Position numbers and translations under genes: made by a program. This document shows positions 40,901 to 54,469 of a DNA stretch of 64,000 nt, piece by piece. Source of the stretch: Dicyema japonicum (taxonomy: Eukaryota; Animalia; Dicyemida). How positions within the stretch are numbered: position 1 is the stretch's first letter; each line of letters starts with the position of its first letter. The notes beneath the pieces were generated by a model. That model was not told the origin of the DNA. It saw nothing but the letters and a program-made list of their open reading frames with translations, and searched no databases. The stretch is from contig RDEW01000015.1 in assembly GCA_011109175.1 (NCBI GenBank), positions 390,310 through 454,309 on the forward strand, given 5' to 3'.

Positions 40901-43900
40901 ATTCCCCTTAAACGTACTAATAATCGTGTTTATCTCAAATTATTTTTGCTGGGGGAACCTGTCCGATATGCTCCTTCTTCATCTCCCTCAGGAAAAGACT
41001 CAGGACTAGCTGAACGCATTTGCATAATTCTCAACACTTTGTATGAATTTCTAACGATCATCTACAAGGTTTGTTTACCAGAGATCCCTGAATGGTTGTG
41101 AAGGCTTTGTCGTACTCCTGGTTGAAATACGCGATGGAAGCCCTCATCTGCTCCAATTTGACCAGTAAATCGGGTGATTTTAATAACTGGGGTTTATTAA
41201 GAGAGTAAACCTTGACGTTATACTCTGCAATATCCCCCAGTTCATTGGCTGCCTGTAGTCTACCCTATAAATGTGTCAAATCAAAGCGAAACAATGTCGC
41301 AGTGGAATTTTGCGATTGTAATCATCGAGTCGACAGCGTTATAGTTCACATCCCAGTTCATCGTCCACTTTTCAACAGAAAAATCAGCGAAATTCTAAAA
41401 TTTATAAAAGTGAATGCCCTTGAAGTCTGCCTTAAATTTAATTTAAGCCTAAAATGAAATCACAAAGTGGACAAAATCAAGTCTTTGGAGAGGTCAATGC
41501 TCATCAACGACGTCATGTGGAAATTATAGCATTCTTGGTGTTGTATTTGACTACACAATTCCACAGCTCTGTCGTAAAACATGGAAACTGACCTTATTTT
41601 GGCAAGCAATGTGAAGCATCTAAATGGAAGTAGTTTTCTGGCGACAGTGTTCATCAATACAACCACCGGCATAACGAAATCATAGAGACCGTATTGGAGC
41701 AACATCAGGCAATATTTGTCCAGCATTAGAAATACTCCCAACTACGATATACAAGTCGTAATACCCCATTGGGGTATATTTCTGGACTAATAAACTGACT
41801 CTTCGCAGTATTTTTCGATAGATTTTCGAGCAAATCAGCAGGGACTTCATATTTAAGCCAATCTTCAAAGTTTTCGGGAATTTTTGCCGACGATTTTTTG
41901 ATTTTCTCTTTATTCTACCAATATAGCTCAAAATTAACGATTCCTTCGACAGATTTGCTTTTCTTCGTTTTCTGTTGGTGATCTTCGTTTTTGGTGGCCG
42001 ACAAAGAATTATAAAGATGAATCTAATCAGTCAGCCAACTAAAAACCTGGAGGATTTTCAAGACACACGTGTAGGCAGAACTGCAGTGATCAGCCCATTC
42101 TGCAGTCAAAAAGGGCAAATAAAGGCAGAATGTTACGTGAACTCTCAGAAAGGCCTCCAAATATTTTAGGTCCGACATTTTCGACTCATTAAATTCACCA
42201 TCGGTTAGATGTATAGCTTGAAATGCCGTGTCCATTACCATAACCGGGGTAGGTGCTTCCAAATTATTCTTCGGGTCTTCCACGGCTTTTTCTTTGTCCA
42301 AAACTTTTGATTTCTTCTCTTTTTTAAGAGCTGAAATGATCCACCAAACATACAAGTGGCCGTCCTGCTTTTTTCTTCATTTACAAAATTTCCCGACAAC
42401 AGGACGTCGAATGAGTAGTTAAGAAGGTCAAGGGCATCCTCCATTTTGTTTTTGGAAGCAAAATAGTTGCTGAACTCCAAAATGTACGAAAACTTTTGGA
42501 ATAAATTTGCAGGATCCTAAAGAACCCCCAATATTATACTCGAAGACAGGATATAGCTTTTTGGTAGGCGTTGATCTGCGTTTTCGGAACATTTGAAACT
42601 AGCGAGATTTGTCGCCATAAATGAGCCACATAAACCTCCCCCATGTCCTTCAAATGAGTATATTAGACCGAACGTAGAATTTTTGGATATCAAAAGTGCA
42701 GTCTAACTCTAAGTGAGCCTTAACAATGATTCGTTTGCTGTATGCGTCCCTAAACAGTGATTTGTGGGGTTACTTGAGGTATTTAGAATTTTTCATTCGC
42801 TGGAATGCCTTATCCATTGCTTTTAAACAAGTCGACCAGTTTTCCTGAAATTTAGGCCAATAAACTGATACCATGGCCATATAATTTTCAAAAAGTATTC
42901 TATACATTTTTGCTTGAAGATTTTGATCATTTTTGGTTATAAAATCGGCAACTTCAACCTCCTTTTTAGAAATGATAGCTGTTAGCCGATCTTCGGGAAA
43001 ATTTTGTTTTAGAATTGCTTCACATCTTTCCGTTATTCCCTGAATTTAATAATCCTAGAATGAACCAGTTTTTGTATGCTTAGGACTGTTGACTCGGCGA
43101 TCTGAATCACATGGGCAATATTATCAAGCATTTTTTCTAATTTCTGAATCATCACTTCATCCCCTATAGAATCCATAAAGAATTTTTCTCCCACGTGGAT
43201 AAAGCAATAGGCGGCGTTTATCACGGAAAAGTAGTCCCCTGCTTTCTTGCCCCACCAAGGTAAGAAGAATTTATACTTTGAGGACTCCAAGTAGCAGTCC
43301 AATATAGTATTTATCGATATTGGCTTCGACTGCGACTTTTTCGAATCCGAAGGAGCCGCCGTCTTTTCGTACGCCATCCCCTTGTAGAGGTAACTAGTAG
43401 ACAAATTTACGAGGGCTCTAAGTGGATGAAAATACACTATACTCTGGAGTTTGACCAAACTCGGCTATTTTCTCAGCGCAGCATATGCAGTCACTGTATT
43501 TGCCGGTCTCGAATGCCAAAATGCACAATCTGACCCACAAGTGAGTTAAAAACTTTGTATTTTCAATTTCAAAATGAGATAAAAGTTGTTTAGCCTATCA
43601 AATGTCAATTCCATCAACCTTAGAGAAGCTCGCATCCTTGAATTCGTAAGTCTTATTTTTATTTAAGGAAATCATTTCTATTATAGAAATGAGTTTGATC
43701 AGTGTTTGCGTCGAGAACTTGGTCGCTGATTCCTCGAGGTTTTCAATCCCAGACTGCTGTTGGACAAATTGCTTGGCTTTCATTCGGCAGTGGATGACTT
43801 CCTCTAAGATCTCCAAGAAAATTCTATGCGAATTATTTGATATTAGATAAGTAAAAATTCCATCAGAGATCTTGGATGAGGACTTCAGATTTAACCTTGA

Positions 43901-46588
43901 TGATGTTGTGGAATGACTGAGAACATTCTGGAGACACATATCCCACATTTTGTTTCGCAGGTTGAAGAGAGTTGCATGTTTGTTGCATGAGCGCCTTCAT
44001 TAGCGCTTCCCCCACAGAGAGGATAATACTACATAGAGTTACGTAGATACGGATCATCTTTAATGGAAGAAAGCTTGTCCCAGCATTCGTGCAAATAGCT
44101 TAGCACTTTTTCGTGACGATCCTCTAGAAAGTAGTGCTTAAGGTGATTGTAGAGGTAGACAGCTCCATTTATCCCAATCCAGTCTTCGTTCAAAATCTCC
44201 CCGTAGAACATTCCTTTAAGAAAAGCTTCGATTGCCCTCGAATGTATACTCTTCACGTGCTCACTAAAATTTCTAAAATAAGTGTACAGGTATGAAATCC
44301 ATCTCGAATCAAGACTATAGTCTATAAAAGTGTAGTGTTGGGAGTGGTGACTCTCATCCTTGGGGGCAGAAGGGACATCTCCAACTCTAAGTCCTTCCGA
44401 CGCCATCAATTGGAGGAAACCCTATCTTTTATTTCAGGTTGGGACCTCGCCGCAAATGTAGTTAATTTGAGCGAAAATTAGTCCATCTGGACTTGCAGTC
44501 GGCTCCACATTCTCTTCATTTTGCTGTTGGTCTTTTAAACAGAAATGGCAAGCGGCCAGACAAACATCCCAAAGTTCTCTTCTCCGAGTAGCCTTGGCCA
44601 AATCAGCCCAAATCTTCGAAAAATAAAGCAGTCACAACTTGAATATTGGAAGAAACCGTTCTGTTAACGATGGCGACAGCAGTATTATATTTATTCACTC
44701 TTTGTCCAAAATCATATAGTTTTTCCTGAGGACTAGAGTATGTCTTATTGTCTAACAAATATATTCAATAATACTCAGTAAACAGAATCCTTCCACCACA
44801 GCTATGAAATCTCTCGGGGCAAGCAACTCCCCACATCGAATAAACAGAGACCGAGGGTCAGTTGTGCTTAGAACTGACTGAGAGAGTGTAAACGATAAAT
44901 ACTTGCTCAATCAGCATTGTAGCTTCGTCTTCCGGTTTTTCCACCGTTTCGTATAAATTCGCCCGTAGTGTTTGTCTCCAAATGTACGAATCAATAACGT
45001 TTTTGAATTCTCCGTGATAATCCAAAACGCGGGCTTTTTCCAAGTGTTGAATGGTGGAAACGATCTTTTCAAAGTCGTCGTCAATTTTTGCGAGTTCAAT
45101 GTGAATTTTACAACGAGTGGATATATTTGAACTGAAATTCTGTGATATCCAAACCTGTTGTATTTTTCAAGCATCGTTGAGGCCAGTTCAAGGGATCGGC
45201 TTATGTTTTTCCGTAAATTCGGTTGAAGCAGAGGCAGACAAAGATTCCAAGTGGTCTGTGCGGCAATCTCAACAATCACTCCGAGTTCGTTTCTGTGAGC
45301 CTCCATCAAAATTTCATCCGATTTTTGCAGAATTAAAAAATATTCCTTTTATTTACAATTTCAAAAAACCTGTATAATCCCCGTCGAATAGAAATTTTCC
45401 AGACAAGTCATTTTTTTCCCTTCAAGCTGAATTTTCAAGCATTCGATCATAAACTTGTTTTCGATGTTCTAAAATAAGCGAGATTTAACTAATTTATCGG
45501 GAATGAACAAATCAACGAATTTGTCTGCTAACGAAAATAAGTTCGCTTTGATGCAAAGAGAGGTTACGTCGTGCAAAACATTGAACCTGACCGTTTACAT
45601 AAAATCTACGATATTTTTGATTGGGACATTCGTTGGAATTGAAGGTAAATTTTATCCACGTGACTCTCAGCAGATTTGTCCCCATTTTTAAAAGCCCTGA
45701 GGTTACAAGTTTCGGTACATTTTGGCTTTCGATAGAAGTGTCATTACGGGGTATGTCTGCTTGATTTCTGTCCTGTCTAGTAGTTGATTCATAATCTAGT
45801 GTCATTTATAATTTACTGATATGGACAGCAAGTGATCCATTTTTTCGGGGCAAAACTTTTTGATGAACTGGTACAAGTCTCCCGCCAATTTAGAAGCCTC
45901 CGTGGTCATGGAAGCATCGAGATAGCACTGAATCAGCAATCTACCATATTTAGGCAAGTATATGCATTGAAAGATCGCATCTCCAATTATAATCCTTTTC
46001 ACGTATCTCTTGCAGTGATTTCACTACGAAGGAGAGACTGGGGACGAGATTTTTCTTGTCGTTTATCAGTGCCTTTGCGAATCCCCAATATAATATGGAA
46101 CAGTTATAAACGATATAATTCAGTCTAAAATACACGCAATATCTTACTTATTCACTCCAAGGGATATTTTCATGGCTTTCTGAAGAGGCTCAAAAATGGA
46201 TTCGAAGTCAAGCTAATCATTAGAAATGGCTGGAAACTATTCTATCTGGGCTATTAAAGTATTCGATGCGAGACAGAGCCATATATGCCCTACAGGTGAT
46301 CTCGTCCTCCTTATCATTCTCGTTGAAATAGGTTTTGATACAATCTGAGGCCAAATCAGTGTGATTGTACTGAAATGGTAACAATATCAGACTTGAAGGC
46401 AGTTCTCAGCGCAAATGACCAAGTAAGCAGTATCTTCATATGATATGCTCTGGTTAGTCAACTTTGAGGATATTATTTTGGTCAACAGCAACTCGTAAGC
46501 ACTCTTTAGTAAAATCAAATCCCCTTAAATAATTAAATTACTGACTACCGTTACTTTCCCTTATGCAATTCGTTATTCTCTCGATCAT
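37951..46588 (-). CDS. CFAP46: Cilia- and flagella-associated protein 46 (TTC40), many tiny introns
   Basis: Spliced translation gives LKSAYEL, LVICAE, YIVYNCSILYW, TTWNLCLPLLQPNLRK, LYETVEKPEDEATMLIEQ, WIGINGAVYLYN and ATRDFSLQLFHYR. I resolved about 14 introns in the 5' third; the rest were not traced exon by exon. Confidence 0.9.
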
Positions 46589-46719
46589 CGTTTCCTTGGC
46601 GATAATTTATCTTCAAATTCTCGTTGTAATTTATCACAAATTTAGAATTTTTAATAAAGATTACCTAAATAATTCACAATTTGTCCAGGTAGCTAACCAC
46701 AGGGTCATCGGTCCCAATT

Positions 46720-47340
46720 CCGAGTCTATGACTCTTGAAGTACTTCTACTTTGACGACAATGATAATTCGTCGCCATACAGTTTAGCGAACAGCTCCTCT
46801 ATGACACCCTTATCGAATACCTCAGAAACTACCACGAATATGAGAAGACCCCAATCTCGTTGTTGATAGAAATTAAAGATCCCCATTCTCGACGATTTTG
46901 ACCTATTTCTGGGGTATCTTAGTCCTTGTAACATTCGTTCCTGGGACAGTAAATGAACATTGGAGATCAATCTGTCATTGGAAATACCGGAGTTTGTCTG
47001 TCTTAGCACCTTTAGGCTCCTGGGGGTAATGAAATAAAATATAGATGGTTTGCAGCTAATATTCATGGAAGTATACCGGTCCATTAATTTAAGTGAAAGA
47101 ACGTACACATGCGTTCAATCGTTGGAAATCTAAAATACTTTAGAGAGCATAATTTTTCTGCGTAGAAACGTGGCCAAAGCTTCGAGATTAAGCATACTGA
47201 AAGGACACCGAGGTTCCATGTTTAATTCAGAAATAACAATTTTCAAATTCAGTGGTTCTTAATCCAAAGATTAAGACAAAAGTCAACTCATAGTGAAGTA
47301 GTCCATAATAACTTTAGAGACACAAAAAATTGTTGACTCT
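46720..47340. other. Coding-like host sequence of unresolved strand and identity
   Basis: A minus ORF spans 46746-47108, but plus-strand candidate tiny introns are also present. Confidence 0.25.
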
Positions 47341-47589
47341 TTTCTTGTGATGCCTCTGAGTAGACAAGAATTGTTCACGTTCTTCCACTTTTATTCATCG
47401 GATTCTACAAGCACTGGATATAACCGAAGCGCTGCTGACTATTTGAGCGAATTTCGCTCCTATTCCTGAGAGGGAATAGTCACACAGTCAGGTTGCCTGC
47501 CATTTGGTCCTCGAATTGATCATTTAACGGTTATTAATCAAATGATTGAATCATCAGAGTCAAATGAGATATATCTATTCGTTTTACAA

Positions 47590-48030
47590 AATTAGCATTT
47601 TTAACACTCACATGGATGAATACTTCTCTGAGAATGGGTCACATTTATGTGGACACCAACGAGTCGCAGTTCTTTGATGCGGATCTTAAGTATGTCAAAA
47701 GAAAAATGAAAAACATCTCGACGAACAGACAAGCAAGCAAAAAGCTTCAACCAATTAACCACGCAACACCACATGGCGCCACGCGGCCATCAAATGAAAT
47801 TATAGGAAGGTCACGCAGATAATAATAATAATAACACACCAGAGACCACAGTTACACAAACTAACTAATATTAAATTTTAATTAAATTTAATATTTTTAA
47901 ATTATTATATCTGGGGGTAAGATTCCCATGGTTGATTATTTGGTCAAAGCCTCTCTATTTTCGTGGTCGCGTGGCGCCATATGGTTCTTCGTGGCTAGTT
48001 GGATGAAGTTTCTGTTTGTTCGCCTGTTCC
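47590..48030. mobile_element. Two RTE-like 3' ends in inverted orientation
   Basis: 47590-47835 (+) gives MDEYF...TTWRH plus (TAA)n, and 47890-48030 is a reverse copy. Further copies lie at 12385-12470 and 59180-59250. Confidence 0.65.
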
Positions 48031-48052
48031 TTCTCTCTTTAACTATTAGAGT

Positions 48053-48114
48053 GGCGTCATGTGATCCACCTGTCTAGGTGACGCCCAGTGTCAGGCCGGC
48101 ACGAAAAAGGATCA
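48053..48114 (+). ncRNA. HDV-ribozyme-topology double pseudoknot with non-canonical core (candidate ribozyme)
   Basis: P1 GGCGTC/GACGCC, P2 TGATCC/GGATCA, P3 ACC/GGT and P4 GTGTC/GGCAC occur in HDV order, with covariation across copies. Confidence 0.65.
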
Positions 48115-48290
48115 TTTGCTCTTCCCACTCCACTGGAGGGGTTTTCACAACTTCATGTAATGGACGTCTTACCCTTTATGCTGATTCTGGATGGACTCTG
48201 TTTCTGTAGAAGTGGAAACTGGATACACTTAATTAGTTGTTTACTTTAACTTCTTTCTCGGTGTATCCGGAATTAATAAATAAATAATTT
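48053..48290 (+). mobile_element. Pseudoknot-headed SINE (family A), full length
   Basis: Intact head at 48053-48114 and tail GTGTATCCGG...AATAAATAAAT. Confidence 0.9.
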
Positions 48291-48310
48291 CATTTAAAAT
48301 TATTTAAAAA

Positions 48311-50690
48311 AAGTGTCATGTGGCTCGCCGACGACGTGGTGGCATTTGAAAGAAAAGAACCACACTTTCCCTTATCTTACGGGTGGACCAATAAGGAAGG
48401 CCTGCGCCGCTGAGGAGACATTGAGGCAAACCCTGGACCAGCCAGAATAGTCCAACTCAACATAAATCGAATCAAGAACAAAATACTTGAACTTCGGACA
48501 TTTGTTAAAGAAAATCAGATCGATCTGTTGCTAATTCAAGAGTCTAAACTTTCTCTAAAGAATTCAACACCAGTATTTTCGGGATTCACAGTATTTCGCC
48601 GTGATAAAATTGGGAAACTCGGTGGGGGCCTCCTCACAGTAATTCGCAACGGAATTCCGTTTGAGGATATAACTAACAGTGTCTACAGCAGAGTTGTCAA
48701 ACGGTGTGCCGCGAGACATTTTCTAGTGTGCCGCCTGCCAAATACAAATTTGAATAAATTTATATACATTTATTGACCTAATTAATTTAAAAAGATAAAC
48801 AAATTAAAATAATTACTAAAATTAAAATAATCATTTTTTTTATTATATAATTTAAATGACATTTAACATTGGTTAACCATTATTTATTAATTTTTAATAA
48901 CGTGCGCATCTACGTGCTAATGGGTAAATCAGTTCGTCGTTTTATAAAATTCTTATTTGTCATTTGGTTTTATATGGAAAGATAAAAATAACTACCTCAA
49001 TGTCTAATTTGCATTGAAGTCTTGGCAAATGATGCTATGGTTCCTAGCAAACTAAAGAGATATTTTACTTCCAAGCATATGGACTATTCCGAAAAATCTG
49101 TGGATTATTTTATCCATTTGAAAAAACAACACAAGTATTATTCAGTTTTTACTATGAATCGTAGATCTAGTCAAATGATGTTCAGTGAAACTTTTGTAAA
49201 CACAGAGGAATCATTGAAATGTTCATACCTGATTTCAGAATTGATAGCAAAAACTAAAACCTCACACTATTCTCGAAAACTTGATAATCCCTGCTTGTCG
49301 TATTATTGCTCGGACTATGTTTGGTCATAAATATGAACAAAAAATAATGAAGATACCTTTGTCAGATAATACTGTTTCTCGTCGGATTTGTGCTTTGTCG
49401 GAGAATATTGAAAATAATGTCTCATTTTCTATTAAAGAAACTCGGTTTTCATTACAACTTGATGAATCCACGGATATTTTTCCTAATACGAATGGTTTAT
49501 TTTTTATTTTTTTCATAATAAGGATATAATGGTGAATCGATAAAGGGACTGATTAATGAAACAAATTGGATGCTTATTTTCCAGACTTAGAAATTGAAAA
49601 ATTCGATTGGGTTATTTTTTTAAATATTTTTTAGATACGAAATCCTTTGTTTGTGTCAGAATCAAAACACTTATCTGTTAAAGAAAATGAAGAACTTATT
49701 GCACTGTTTAATGATCGATCCTTAAAATTAATGATGAGGGAGTTAGACATTGGAGAATTCTGGATATATATTCGAAACATATATCCCAGTTTATCAAAAC
49801 AAGCACTGACCATAATTTTACAGTTTTCAACGACCTATTTATGCGAAACAGGTTTTTCTACGCTGCATAATATGAAATATAACAAACGTGAAAGTTTGAG
49901 AAACATTGATGTTGAAATGCGGGTGGCTTTGTCAACCATTCGACCTGATATTGATGATATATGCAAAAACAATAATAATTAAGATTTCATTTTTTTATTA
50001 ATAAAAATTTGGGCATTAAATTACCAATTTTTTACTTAGTTTTACACATCTTAAAATTTTAATTTTTTAATGTGTGCCGCGAGAATTATTTTTTGAAAAG
50101 CTCTGGTCTACAGTATGCTTAAAGGATATGGAAATCTCGAACTTGTGGCTACCAAAGTACGATCCCAAGACTATCAATAATATTGGTCAACGCATATCTC
50201 CCACCGATGAGTTCCTGCCTTCCAGTACTCCCAGATCGACTCCTCTCACATCACTGAAAAATGTGATTATCTGTGGTGACTCCAATGCGAAGCACCCACT
50301 GTGGCTGACAGGACAAACCCATGACAAAAGGGGGAAGATGATAATTGAGGACCTCCACAGTATATGTATACTCAACGATCTTGCATCTCATACAAGAACA
50401 CCTACTCGACGTAACTCTTAATGACTGGTTAGTGAAATATGACTGCCACGATTTATGAACTATTTATCCGACCAACGATGATGTATGCAAGTCCTTCATG
50501 GGCAATGGAGACTTTACAATCTTCCTCATTGAAACTATCCTGTAGAAGAGACTGTAATAGGTTAATTGGACCACTTAGTTAGATAAAAACTTTTATTTCA
50601 TCCTCTCCTTTGTCGGTCTGGGATCACTTAGTTAGATGAGAATTTTTATTTCTTTCTCTTTGACCAGTGATCCTGGCGGTAATAATAATA
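48311..50690 (+). mobile_element. Ingi/Vingi-type LINE deletion derivative: pseudoknot head, 2A, APE and 3' tail
   Basis: ATG 48318 is in frame with GDIEANPGP (48414-48440) and ARIVQLNIN...LIQESKL, apart from one TGA at 48411. It contains ICGDSNAKH and a (TAA)n tail and is split by a hAT. Confidence 0.85.
48689..50105 (+). mobile_element. hAT/Buster deletion derivative
   Basis: TSD GTCTACAG at 48681-48688 and 50106-50113. Translates PSKLKR, FSLQLDESTD and FSTTYLCETGFS. Confidence 0.92.
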
Positions 50691-50919
50691 ATCCGCATGA
50701 CTACGTTGTGGCATTGGTAACTTGAAGTGTTGGAGAAGAGTGGCAAACGCCCTATCTCACTAACATGAAGCCGTGTTTGGTGTCGTATCAGGTTTATAAA
50801 CATAGACAGTTGCTATCAAATCACCATAAACCGCAAAAGTGACCCTAATCAGATTGGCGGAAATTTCAGTACCAAATAAAATTATATTTGCTATCGAAAA
50901 TAAAATTGTTAAAATGCAC

Positions 50920-52664
50920 TTATCCTTCACTTTGTATGTTCCCTAGCTAAGACTAACCAAAATAAAAACCTTGTCGAAAGTGGTAATCTTAACCCCCGAA
51001 TCTGTCAACGTTATCAATAAATTCACCAATGGATGAAGGTTTGTAGGTCAGGTTTTCCGTTTTTCCGTGAAAGTCGTCCATATTCGTCACTAAATTATTC
51101 GCAACAACAAACCTCGAATAAAAGCGTCAGTACTGGAACGAGTGTCAAAATTATTCAAATCTTGGAAAACTACGTTTACGGTAATAAATACTCTCATAAC
51201 GGATTTTTTGAGAGTCGGCACTACATGTAATTATAGAGGATACCTGTCACTGGGAGGAACTAAAGAGGTGAAGTTCTCATATGTAATAGTCGATTCAACG
51301 ACTAAATAAATTCAAATATGACCATTTTGAATCACCAGCTTCTCATATCCCTCTGGTAACACGTGGAAGATGTCTTTTATGAAATACTCGAATCTTTTTG
51401 CGTAGTAGATAGGCGTGTTGACCGATAAATGAATCTAAATTATAGTGTGATGACAACTGGATCAACGAGGAAGGACTTCAAGAACTTCTCTACCCTTTTC
51501 CTGATCCCATAAGACTGAAGAGTGTCAATAATCCCCATGAATAGATAAACCTTCTCCATTTCCGCTGTATAGGCCACAAATCCGTTTCTACAAACATTAG
51601 TCATGCAGCTTAAGCTAGTGAGCACAAATACTGAGCCAACAAACTTTGGAGCAAAGGCTGAACTTGTCGTGCAGAAGTTTAATCCCTAAAACTTAGAAAA
51701 TCACAGACTTTGTCAATACGGTGGATTCCTAAGAGAAGACTGTAGTCGATCACATTCAAGCTCTTTAAAAACTTGGAATCAGGGACAGGCAGACCTTAAC
51801 GTCGTTTGAAATGGCTTTTATAATGCAGTTGTAAGTTTCTCGGGTCAATAGGAAGCCATTTTTGTAAAATTCACGGAAATCCAAGTCTTTTAACGTTGTA
51901 TCAGTGGATTTGGTGGATTTGCGCTTGTATTTGCTTCCCTTTAGGTCGAATGTCTGCTCAATTTTCAAGGACTTTGGGAAAATATTATTCATGACGATAA
52001 CTCTGGTTTTCTTGGGAAATTTCTATTCAATGAAAAAGTAAGGCACATTGTAGTTATAAAACCCATAAAATCGAGGAAGCAGGGAGAATGACTGGTCAGA
52101 CATTTTCTAGTATAACTCACAGTAAGACCTGGGTATAATGGGGTAGAAAACTCTTCAAGAACTGAGCTTCTGCTTTCTTCACACTTTTAATCATATATTC
52201 CTCGTCGTAGGACTGAAAAAAGAAACTCCCAGAAGCTCCCGAGTTGACACGAGAGATGAGGGGATGGCTGGCCAGGCTATCCTAGAATACAGAAATCCTC
52301 AATACAATGTATTTCTCAGCTGGAATGTAGCTTATTTCCCTTAGAAAACGATACACATTGGGGGCGATGACTTCGAGGTTGAATAATGAGTTTTCCTGAG
52401 CCTTCGTAACGTTTGAGTCACCTCTGAGTAATGAACCCCAAACACGACTTTTGTACGTATAAAATATCCCTATATTCAAAATCTGAGAATAAGAGGTCCC
52501 TCCACTCTGCATTTTTATTCACTCCTTGGTACATTCTCAATGCTAGACCAAATGAATCCCTTATCTCATCATGGGAGTTTAGCTTGTTTACCTCCATTGT
52601 CTGTAATCACTTATAAGCTTACATTTTGAGAATTTGTGTCATTTGGCAGCCTCTTATATCGCAT
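50920..52664 (-). CDS. PIP5K1: Type I phosphatidylinositol-4-phosphate 5-kinase
   Basis: Contains NSGASGSFF, YMIKSV, LLPRFYG, VMNN, FDLKGS, LKDLDF, DYSLLLGIH and GIIDTLQSY. About a dozen 21-25 nt introns were resolved; the 3' exons are less certain. Confidence 0.92.
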
Positions 52665-53404
52665 AAAGTCTAAATGCAAATTATTTTCTGAATTTATTCC
52701 CGTTTGATATTTTTTTAATAATTTTTATTTTAAAAATATTATTTATTTTTTAGCCAAGAACTCCCAAGGTCTCATCTGTGGTGGACTATAAGAAGAACCT
52801 GTTAGTAGAGGATCAATTTTACGTATGAATATTGGTCTCGGGAGATTGGCTAATAATTCCATATCTATTATAGTTGGCTGTTATTTTTGTTCACATTGCA
52901 CTTTTTATGGTCGTTTTCAACCATTAACGGGGTCATGACTGTTTTCCCAAGTACATGTGACTCATCAATGTGAATAAGTTCTCACATAGCACTTACCATT
53001 GACTCGATAAACTCGCTTTAATCAAATACTGAAGAAGTTGAAGTCCAAAAACACCACATTTTCAATTTGTTGTGGAATAAATGAAACTATGTGTTCTCAG
53101 CGATTTGCTGAAGAACAGCTGATAATTAAATTCGGTGTGAGAAACTAATTCATTTCTGTTAGGCAAAAGGTCATCGAATTTTTCTAGACGGGATCGTCCT
53201 TTCCGACTTCACTGTGACACCCACTAACTCGGTACCATATAGTAATTTCAGTTTTCGGCTAATAATCTTCTTCCAAGTTCTTTCAATTTTGGAATTTAGA
53301 ATTTTATTTTATAAAATCGTTTAATCATTGTAATAATAGAATATAGCTTAACTACATTACAAGTTTTGGGTGTCTGTCATTCTGTTAGTGTGGATCTGTT
53401 TGCA

Positions 53405-53528
53405 ATATCTACATAAGCAATTTTACATACATTTTCCATAAGTTTTCCATTCATTTTCCATACGGCATAAGCAATTTTACATTCATTTTCCATACGTATT
53501 CCATACGGCATAAGCGATTTTCCATACG
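53405..53528. repeat. Imperfect minisatellite
   Basis: Repeated CATAAGCAATTTTACAT and ATTTTCCATACGG units. Confidence 0.8.
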
Positions 53529-54469
53529 TGCGAGGTATAAATGATCCTTGTTTTATCAAGCCTGGGGCATACCCGGAAATTTTGATTTCTATATTAAGGT
53601 TAAAATTAGGTTTTGTAGATCAATCCGAGATTAGGCATCAGGAGGACAGAATAGGTCGTAATCTATATGGGGTCAATCTGTTAAATTACATTCATGTGGT
53701 TAAAATTAGTTAGTTACCCCAACCTCACAACATGTAGGAAGACTGCTGCTATCAAACGTCCAGGTGATAGTGTCGGGTGTTCCTACAAGTTTCTTAGTGT
53801 CATTTGTGTTCCTGGTCTGGAGAAGATTTGCTTGACGATATCTCCAAGCTGGTCAGGTGAGGGAAGTCAAAACTCTGATCCATTCCAGATGTGAACAATT
53901 CCGAAGCGGATTTATTAGTATTATTCTGAAATCTCTACTCTCACGTGGTTAAAGTAAATTTATTAACATTAAATTTGATGGGGATCACCTTATCTCCCTT
54001 TTTGTGAAGAGCCCTATACGATCATATACTCAATCGGTAGTTATTCAACAAATCTAGGAGAGTTTTGAATGATATATGGAAATCGTATAAGTTCTTTATT
54101 TTCCATTAATATTTCGTTTTCCTTTAAAAATTAAAAAAATCAATAAATCTCACCACCCAAATTTAGAATTCCACCGCCCAAAAGTAAGAATCCCAACGCC
54201 CAATTTGGGTGATGAAGGTTGAAAACCACTTGTTTTCATGCTCCTCGTACAATTCTGCCATCTATGTTCGTACAGACAGTATACATCCGCCATATTTTTG
54301 AATCTCCGAACACAGAATGCATCTCTGTCACACCTTTAAGTTTTCTGGTGTTGAATGTAAAAAGAGTTAGTTCTTTTTGAAGTCTCAACCACCTTTTAGA
54401 CGTGTGTGCGATAGAGGAGGTCATTCTCCACTTATATGCAGCAATCTAGCCAATCAACCAGATTAATTA

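Noticed and set aside
47720-48030. Long hairpin RNA or miRNA locus
   Set aside because: Explained by two diverged RTE-like 3' ends in opposite orientation.
53405-53528. CRISPR-like array
   Set aside because: There are no unique spacers and the context is eukaryotic; it is a minisatellite.
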